NCBI GenBank assembly: GCA_963708135.1
Contig: OY970192.1
Span: 4,640,001-4,704,000 of the forward strand
Source: an uncultured Gemmatimonadales bacterium
Lineage (GTDB): Bacteria > Gemmatimonadota > Gemmatimonadetes > Longimicrobiales > RSA9
Direction: 5' to 3'
Length of the DNA: 64,000 nt
A model generated the notes under the pieces. That model saw nothing but the letters and a program-made list of their open reading frames with translations. It ran no database searches and was not told the origin of the DNA. Shown piece by piece: positions 58,249 to 64,000 of the stretch (its first letter is position 1; each line of letters opens with the position of its first letter). The translations under genes were made by a program, and so were the position numbers.

Positions 58249-61200
58249 ATGAGGCCAATTGTGAATGCGGCGATGCGGCTGGCTAAGCGCGTGCTCGCGG
58301 GCGGCGTGCTGGTGGCGGCGCTCGCCGGGCCGGCGGCCGCGAAACCGGGGAAGCCGGGGAAGCCGAACCCGAAGTCCCCGTTCAACCTGAACGCGGCCAC
58401 GACCACCCTGCTCAACGGCAACGAGTGGTCGTGCGGCCTGGACAATCTGGGCGACATCTGCGTCAACCCGGCCGGCAGCTCGGTCGGCGGCGGCGGCTGG
58501 TGGCCGCAGGGCACGCAGAACCAGTACATCTTCAACACCGGGCTCCAGCTCGGTGCCATCGTCGGTGCCGACGGCGGCGCCTGGGCCGGGGACACCATCG
58601 CGGACCACTTCTTCGACGCGTACGGCGCCTTCAACTCCGGCGTGCCGATCACCAACATCTTCCTGTCGAGCGACCCGGCCGACCTCGACTCCTGGCCGCA
58701 GGACTGCTACCTGACCAATCCGGCCACGGGCGAGCAGGTGAAGACGCTCGGGCAGTTCGACAGCTGCGTTCAGTACTGGGACGCGGACCCCAAGAAGGGC
58801 TTCGCCGACGGCCACCCGATGGGCCTCAAGGTCGTGCAGCACTCGCTCGAGTGGGCGTACTCGACCAACAAGGACATCATCTTCTTCATCTTCACCTTCA
58901 CCAACGTCAGCAACGACCCCGGCTTCCTCGCCCGCGTGCCGGACGCGCCCGCCGGCGGCTTCACGCTGACCAACATGTTCGCGGCCTTCGGCGCCGACCC
59001 GGATGAATCCGCGGACGAGGCGGGCGACAACTACGCCACCGTCGTCCCCGACCAGAACATGGGCGTGAACTGGCAGTGGGACTTCTCGGCCCCGGATTTC
59101 GTGCCCTATCCGCCCAACTTCGATGCCGCTCCGGGCTTCTTCGGCGTGAAGTTCCTGAAGGGGCCGCCGAACACGGCCGACACGGCGATCATTCGCAGGA
59201 TCGGCGCGGTGGTGGATACGGTGCAGCCCGGGCAGCCGCTCGGGATGACCTTCTTCTCGGTCAACACGAACGGCGGCGCGTTCCCCGACCCGACCACGGC
59301 GCACCAGGCCTACCGGTACGTGTCCGGCCACCTGAGCGCGGCTGAGCAGCAGGCCTGCTCCCCGTTGCCCGGGGTTTGCTACGTGGACCTGGCCTCGCGG
59401 GCGGACACCCGCTTCATCGAGTCCTCCGGGCCGTTCAGCCTGAAGCCCGGCGAGTCCGCGCAGATCGTGGTGGCCTACGTCGCCGGCGCACCCGTGCCGG
59501 GCACGTACGTGAAGGGCACGCCGATCCCGATCGGCAGCGTCGCCGACACCACGCGGCCGATCGAGAAGGTGATGGGGCGGGGCTACGACCAGCCGTTCCC
59601 GAGCCTCTTCACCAACGCCCGCAACGCGCAGGCGATCTTCGACGCCGGCTTCATCCTGCCGGGCGCGCCGCCGCCGCCGAACGTGACCGTCGTCCCGGGC
59701 GACCACCAGAACACGGTCATCTGGGATGCCGCGCCCGTAAACCTGGCCGATGCGTACTACCAGATCGCGTCGCAGCAAACGATCAACGGCGAGCCGAACC
59801 CGCTCTACAACCCGGCCTACCGGGAGCACGACTTCGAGGGCTTCCGCGTCTACCGCAAGACGAGCGCGAGCGACCCCTGGACGCCGATCGCGCAGTTCGA
59901 CCTGGCGAACGGGATCACGCAGGAGGTGACGCCGCTCACGAAGGCGCTCAACCTGAATGGCGACACGATCGTGATCGTGGCCGACACGGCCAGTGTCTGC
60001 CGGGCCGGCACGGCCAGCGAGCTGGGGCTGGGCGCGAACTTCGCCGGCTGCGCGGCGGAGACCGGGCTCAAGTTCGCCATCGTCGACAAGGGCGGCCCGT
60101 TCCCCGATCCGTCCGCGGGCCCGGGGCTGGTGAACGGGCACACCTACTACTACGCGGTCACGAGCTTCGACATCAACTCGCCGCTCAGCGGCCCGAGCTC
60201 GCTCGAGTCCGCGCGCGTGCTGTCCAACGAGGCCGCCGGAACCCCGCGCGCGAATGCGGCCGGCTTCGTGGCGGCGGATGTGTCGGCACCGACCCTCATG
60301 GGCGGTGGAAAGGCGCTGGACCCGAGCGCGACTGTGACCATCGACCCCTCGGCGGGGACCTTCTCCGGCCCGCAGCCCGCGAGCAACGGTCTCAACATCA
60401 ACCTGGACGTGTACGACCCGGCGGCGATCCCGCAGGGTAACTTCTCCGCCGCCATCGATTCGGTGATCCCGATCAACGATGCGGGCGTGACCTTCGTCGG
60501 CGGCCACACAATGACCTCCGGCGGCAATGCGCTGGGCGCGGCCACGATCTACTACTCTACCGTGACCACGCCGGACACGAGCTACCAGGTCCGGACGGAG
60601 GTCCAGAGTCCGTTCGGCTACTACACGGCCGGCGAGGCGAACGTCGACATTGCGAACGCGCCGGTGGCCGGAAAGGGCACGAACCACTACGCGGGCAACC
60701 TGCACGCTTGGTTCGACTACGGCTCGCAGATCTACAACTCCGGCTCGGAGGCGGTAGGCTGGCTGCGCGCCGGGCAATGGCCGGATGGTTCCGGCGGCTC
60801 GCGCTGGTTCTCCGGCTCGCCGGAGGCCAACCCCACGCTGGCGCAGGCGGCAGGCAGCCTGCCCGGTGTGGACTCGATCGTCAACCTGGCCAGCCAGTAC
60901 GGCGCCAACGCCAACCTGCGTTGGCAGGTCTACCTGATGTTGACCGTGTATCACGCGGCGGACTATGAGATCACCTGGGGCGACAACGGCTCGATCAGTC
61001 AGGTGATGGATCTGTCGAACAACACGGAGGTCCAGTTCAACCCCGAGTTCCGGGGCGGGACGTGGGGCTTCCTGCCGGACGGCTCCGGTGACGGGATCCT
61101 CTCGTTCGGCGACTTCTGGACCATCAGCCCGCTGGCCGAGTGGTGGTGCGCGCCGGACGTGAACTGCATTCCATTCGCGCAGCTGAAGCAGACGGCGACC

Positions 61201-61797
61201 ATCATGCCGATCTCGATGGCGCCGCCCTCGGGCTACAACCTCGACACCTCGGGCTCCGACGCCACAGGCTTCGGCCTCTACATCGGAGGCGAGGAGTACC
61301 TGTTCAAGACGAGCTCGCTGCCGACTTCGGGGACGAAGTGGGTGCTGCGCACCTACGAGGGCAAGGTCGCGCAAGCCGATGATGGGACGTACTCGTGGTC
61401 GGCCAATACGCTCCGTTCGCCGACAGTCCCCGGGCTGTCCGCGCAGGTGTCGGTCAATGCCGCGGCCACCGTTGACCTGGCTACGGCCGACCTGAGCAAG
61501 GTGCACACGGTTCCGGACCCGTACTACGTGACGAACACGCTGGAGACCAACCAGCTGCAGAAGAAGCTGATGTTCGTCAACCTGCCGCCGCAGGCGATCA
61601 TCCGGATCTACTCGCTGTCCGGGACGCTGATCGCGGTCGTGAACCACGACGACCCGTCCGGCGGCGGGCAGGAGTTCTGGGACCTGCGTACCCGTAACCA
61701 GCAGTACGTGGCGAGCGGCGTCTACTTCTACCACGTGGAAGCGCCGGACGGGAAGACGAAGGTCGGCAAGTTCACCGTCATCCAGTACGCCCAGTAA
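58249..61797 (+). CDS. large secreted beta-rich protein with FN3-like domain and T9SS type-A-like C-terminal domain
   Basis: Signal peptide; FEGFRVYRK...LVNGHTYYYAVTSFD; C-terminus VPDPY...IRIYSLSGTLI...WDL...VASGVYFYHV...KFTVIQ. Confidence 0.8.
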   Translation: MRPIVNAAMRLAKRVLAGGVLVAALAGPAAAKPGKPGKPNPKSPFNLNAATTTLLNGNEWSCGLDNLGDICVNPAGSSVGGGGWWPQGTQNQYIFNTGLQLGAIVGADGGAWAGDTIADHFFDAYGAFNSGVPITNIFLSSDPADLDSWPQDCYLTNPATGEQVKTLGQFDSCVQYWDADPKKGFADGHPMGLKVVQHSLEWAYSTNKDIIFFIFTFTNVSNDPGFLARVPDAPAGGFTLTNMFAAFGADPDESADEAGDNYATVVPDQNMGVNWQWDFSAPDFVPYPPNFDAAPGFFGVKFLKGPPNTADTAIIRRIGAVVDTVQPGQPLGMTFFSVNTNGGAFPDPTTAHQAYRYVSGHLSAAEQQACSPLPGVCYVDLASRADTRFIESSGPFSLKPGESAQIVVAYVAGAPVPGTYVKGTPIPIGSVADTTRPIEKVMGRGYDQPFPSLFTNARNAQAIFDAGFILPGAPPPPNVTVVPGDHQNTVIWDAAPVNLADAYYQIASQQTINGEPNPLYNPAYREHDFEGFRVYRKTSASDPWTPIAQFDLANGITQEVTPLTKALNLNGDTIVIVADTASVCRAGTASELGLGANFAGCAAETGLKFAIVDKGGPFPDPSAGPGLVNGHTYYYAVTSFDINSPLSGPSSLESARVLSNEAAGTPRANAAGFVAADVSAPTLMGGGKALDPSATVTIDPSAGTFSGPQPASNGLNINLDVYDPAAIPQGNFSAAIDSVIPINDAGVTFVGGHTMTSGGNALGAATIYYSTVTTPDTSYQVRTEVQSPFGYYTAGEANVDIANAPVAGKGTNHYAGNLHAWFDYGSQIYNSGSEAVGWLRAGQWPDGSGGSRWFSGSPEANPTLAQAAGSLPGVDSIVNLASQYGANANLRWQVYLMLTVYHAADYEITWGDNGSISQVMDLSNNTEVQFNPEFRGGTWGFLPDGSGDGILSFGDFWTISPLAEWWCAPDVNCIPFAQLKQTATIMPISMAPPSGYNLDTSGSDATGFGLYIGGEEYLFKTSSLPTSGTKWVLRTYEGKVAQADDGTYSWSANTLRSPTVPGLSAQVSVNAAATVDLATADLSKVHTVPDPYYVTNTLETNQLQKKLMFVNLPPQAIIRIYSLSGTLIAVVNHDDPSGGGQEFWDLRTRNQQYVASGVYFYHVEAPDGKTKVGKFTVIQYAQ

Positions 61798-61848
61798 AAC
61801 CGGATCCGGGGGCGGGGCGGCCCGCCCCCGGGTCAACAGGAGGAGACC

Positions 61849-62925
61849 ATGAGGAAGGTACTGAAGAGCGGCGCGCTCGCCGGCCTGGCCCTGCTCTGCG
61901 CGGGATTGCCGCTCCGCGCGCAGGGGACGCAGCCGGAGAACAACATCCCCTACGGCACGCGCGGGGGCGAGTTCCTGCTCCTGCCGGTCGGGGGCCGGGG
62001 CACGGCCATGGGGATGGCGTTCGATCCGCTGGCGAACGACGTCACGGCCATGTTCTGGAATCCGGCCGGGCTCTCGCTCATGCCGGGGGCGGGCGCGGAG
62101 GTGAGCCGGATCAACTACCTCGCGAACACGAGCTTCACCTGGGCCGGGCTCGCGATGCCGATGGCCGGTGGCGACGTGGCGATCGGGCTGCAGATCGGCG
62201 TGTTCGGCTTCTCGGACCAGCCGGTCTACACCGTGGACCAGCCGGACGGGACCGGGCAGACCTACTCCGTGTCCGACACGTATGTCGGCGCGACGTACTC
62301 GCAGCAGTTCAACGAGCGGTTCAGCTTCGGCGCCACGGCCAAGTTCATCAACGAGAGCCTGGCGAGCGCGCACGCGTCCACGGTCGGCGCCGACTTCGGC
62401 GCGAACTACCACGCCCGGATCGGCGGCCGGATGATCCGCGGCTCCTTCACCGTCACGAACATCGGCGGCACGCTGAAGCACAGCGGGCCGGCGCTGGACA
62501 CGACGCTCACGGGAGGCTCGGCGGTCGAGTTCCGGACGAAGGGCTTCGAGCTGCCGTCGTCGTTCCGGGTGGGGCTCGCCTACGATCTCCTGAACTCGTC
62601 GAGCAACCGGCTGACGGCCTCGGGCGAGTTCCTCCAGCCGACGGCCGCCGACATCAGCGGCGCCTTCGGCGCGGAGTACGCGCTGAGCCACGTGGGCGGG
62701 AGCGGCTTCAACGCTGCGCTGCGCGGCGGCTGGAACATGCAGACCGACAAGGGGTTGGATGTAGCCGGGTCGACGATGAACGGCGCCGGCAACGCCGGTC
62801 TCGCGTTCGGGCTCGGCGTCGGTTACGACTTTTCCAAGACGAGTTCCTTCGGATTCGACTACGCCTGGCGGAGCGCGGGGCTGCTCGGGAACGAGAACCT
62901 GTTCAGCCTGAACGTGCACTGGTAG
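61849..62925 (+). CDS. PorV/PorQ family outer-membrane beta-barrel
   Basis: FLLLPVGGRGTAMG...MFWNPAGL; SFGATAKFI; LPSSFRVG; FDYAW; terminal W. Confidence 0.85.
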   Translation: MRKVLKSGALAGLALLCAGLPLRAQGTQPENNIPYGTRGGEFLLLPVGGRGTAMGMAFDPLANDVTAMFWNPAGLSLMPGAGAEVSRINYLANTSFTWAGLAMPMAGGDVAIGLQIGVFGFSDQPVYTVDQPDGTGQTYSVSDTYVGATYSQQFNERFSFGATAKFINESLASAHASTVGADFGANYHARIGGRMIRGSFTVTNIGGTLKHSGPALDTTLTGGSAVEFRTKGFELPSSFRVGLAYDLLNSSSNRLTASGEFLQPTAADISGAFGAEYALSHVGGSGFNAALRGGWNMQTDKGLDVAGSTMNGAGNAGLAFGLGVGYDFSKTSSFGFDYAWRSAGLLGNENLFSLNVHW

Positions 62926-62963
62926 CAGACGGGTCCGAGGGTCCAGCACCCGAGGAGTCACAG

Positions 62964-64000
62964 ATGGAGCAGGTAACGCGGGCATCGGAGCTGGGATGCC
63001 GCGTTCGCCGCGCGGGCAGGTGGCTGGCCGTTCTCACGGCCGCCACCTGCCCGTTTGGCGCGGCGGTCGCAGCGCAGCAGCCCAGCGGGCTGACCGTCAA
63101 GACCTACCGTTTCTGGCGGCCCCACGACATCACGATGGTCGAGACGTACGCCAACGTGCCGTGGCGGGCGCTCACCTTCGCGCAGGCCGGCGCCCAGGCG
63201 ACCGCCCACTTCGAGACGACCCTCGAGGTGAAGGATGCACAAGGCACCGTGCTGGCCACGCAGTCGTGGGCCGACTCGGTGCGCGGGGCGGCGCTCTCGA
63301 GCGCCGGGATGATGCGGGCGAGCTCGATCGAGCACGGCACGCTGAACCTCAAGCCGGGCCGCTACGTGTTCACGATGCGGGTGAAGGACACGGCCAGCGG
63401 AAAGGTGGTCTCCGGCGTCGATACGGTGGAGGCGTTCGCGAGCGAGCCGCGCCACAGCGACCTGGTGGTGGCGGCGTCGATCGCGTCGCTGTCTGCGGAT
63501 TCCGCGGCGCCGGCCGCGGCGCTGCGGCGGGGCGAGCTCGTGGTGCTGCCGAACCTGGAGGGCGCCGTGACGGCCGAGCAGCCGAACGTGCCCCTCTTCG
63601 CTGAGCTGTACAACTCCGCCGCGCAGCCGGAGACGGCGCAGGCGGTGGTGCGGATCACGAGCGACGCCGGGTTCCACCACGAGACGCCGCCGCGCGTCCG
63701 CATCGTGGAGCCGGGGATCGGCGTCGAGGCGCTGGCCATGAACCTGACCGGGCTCCCGCCCGGCGACTACGAGCTGCACCTCGAGTGGAAGTATGCGAAC
63801 GAGACCGCGGCGGCGGGGCAGCCGATCCGCATGCTGCCGATGGGCGCGGGCGAGGTCACGCTGGCGGCCCCGGATGCATACGACGCCATGGACGTCGCCC
63901 AGCTCGACAGCGTCTTCGGCCCCCTGCGTTACGTGGCCACGGACGACGAGAAGGCGGCCTTCGACCTGGCCAAGGACGCGGGCTCGAAGCGCAGGGTGCT
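62964..64000 (+). CDS. secreted protein, probably GWxTD-domain (truncated by window end)
   Basis: Frame open to window end; signal peptide, Ig-like segments (LKPGRY, LPPGDY), then PLRYVATDDEKAAF resembling the start of a GWxTD domain; the GWxTD motif itself is not in the window. Confidence 0.6.
   Translation, partial: MEQVTRASELGCRVRRAGRWLAVLTAATCPFGAAVAAQQPSGLTVKTYRFWRPHDITMVETYANVPWRALTFAQAGAQATAHFETTLEVKDAQGTVLATQSWADSVRGAALSSAGMMRASSIEHGTLNLKPGRYVFTMRVKDTASGKVVSGVDTVEAFASEPRHSDLVVAASIASLSADSAAPAAALRRGELVVLPNLEGAVTAEQPNVPLFAELYNSAAQPETAQAVVRITSDAGFHHETPPRVRIVEPGIGVEALAMNLTGLPPGDYELHLEWKYANETAAAGQPIRMLPMGAGEVTLAAPDAYDAMDVAQLDSVFGPLRYVATDDEKAAFDLAKDAGSKRRV

Overview
A 64-kb, very GC-rich bacterial chromosomal segment. 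The gene content (short region-1.1-less primary-type sigma factors, DUF2723, PorV-like barrel, GWxTD-like protein, DUF4126) suggests Gemmatimonadota/FCB group; that assignment is inference. Housekeeping genes include polA, ssb, two sigma-70 paralogues, maeB-pckA, rsgA, a riboswitch-controlled cobalamin uptake operon and trpE. There is one apparently intact IS1634 element. Main candidates for follow-up: (1) an operon encoding a TonB-dependent receptor, a large secreted protein with a T9SS-type C-terminal domain, a PorV-like barrel and a GWxTD-like protein; (2) a ~100-nt structured sRNA candidate between polA and ssb, with a sigma-54-type promoter and its own terminator; (3) a single-ketosynthase cluster (KS, cyclase, FAD enzyme, YceI, methyltransferase, deaminase) with no ACP or CLF in the window; (4) an archaeal-style herA-mre11-rad50 operon without nurA; (5) a terminator-containing leader on one sigma gene and a sigma-54 site on the other; (6) a GGATTC-rich dispersed repeat family. 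No CRISPR, rRNA or tRNA was seen. All product calls come from motif recognition by eye; no database search was run.
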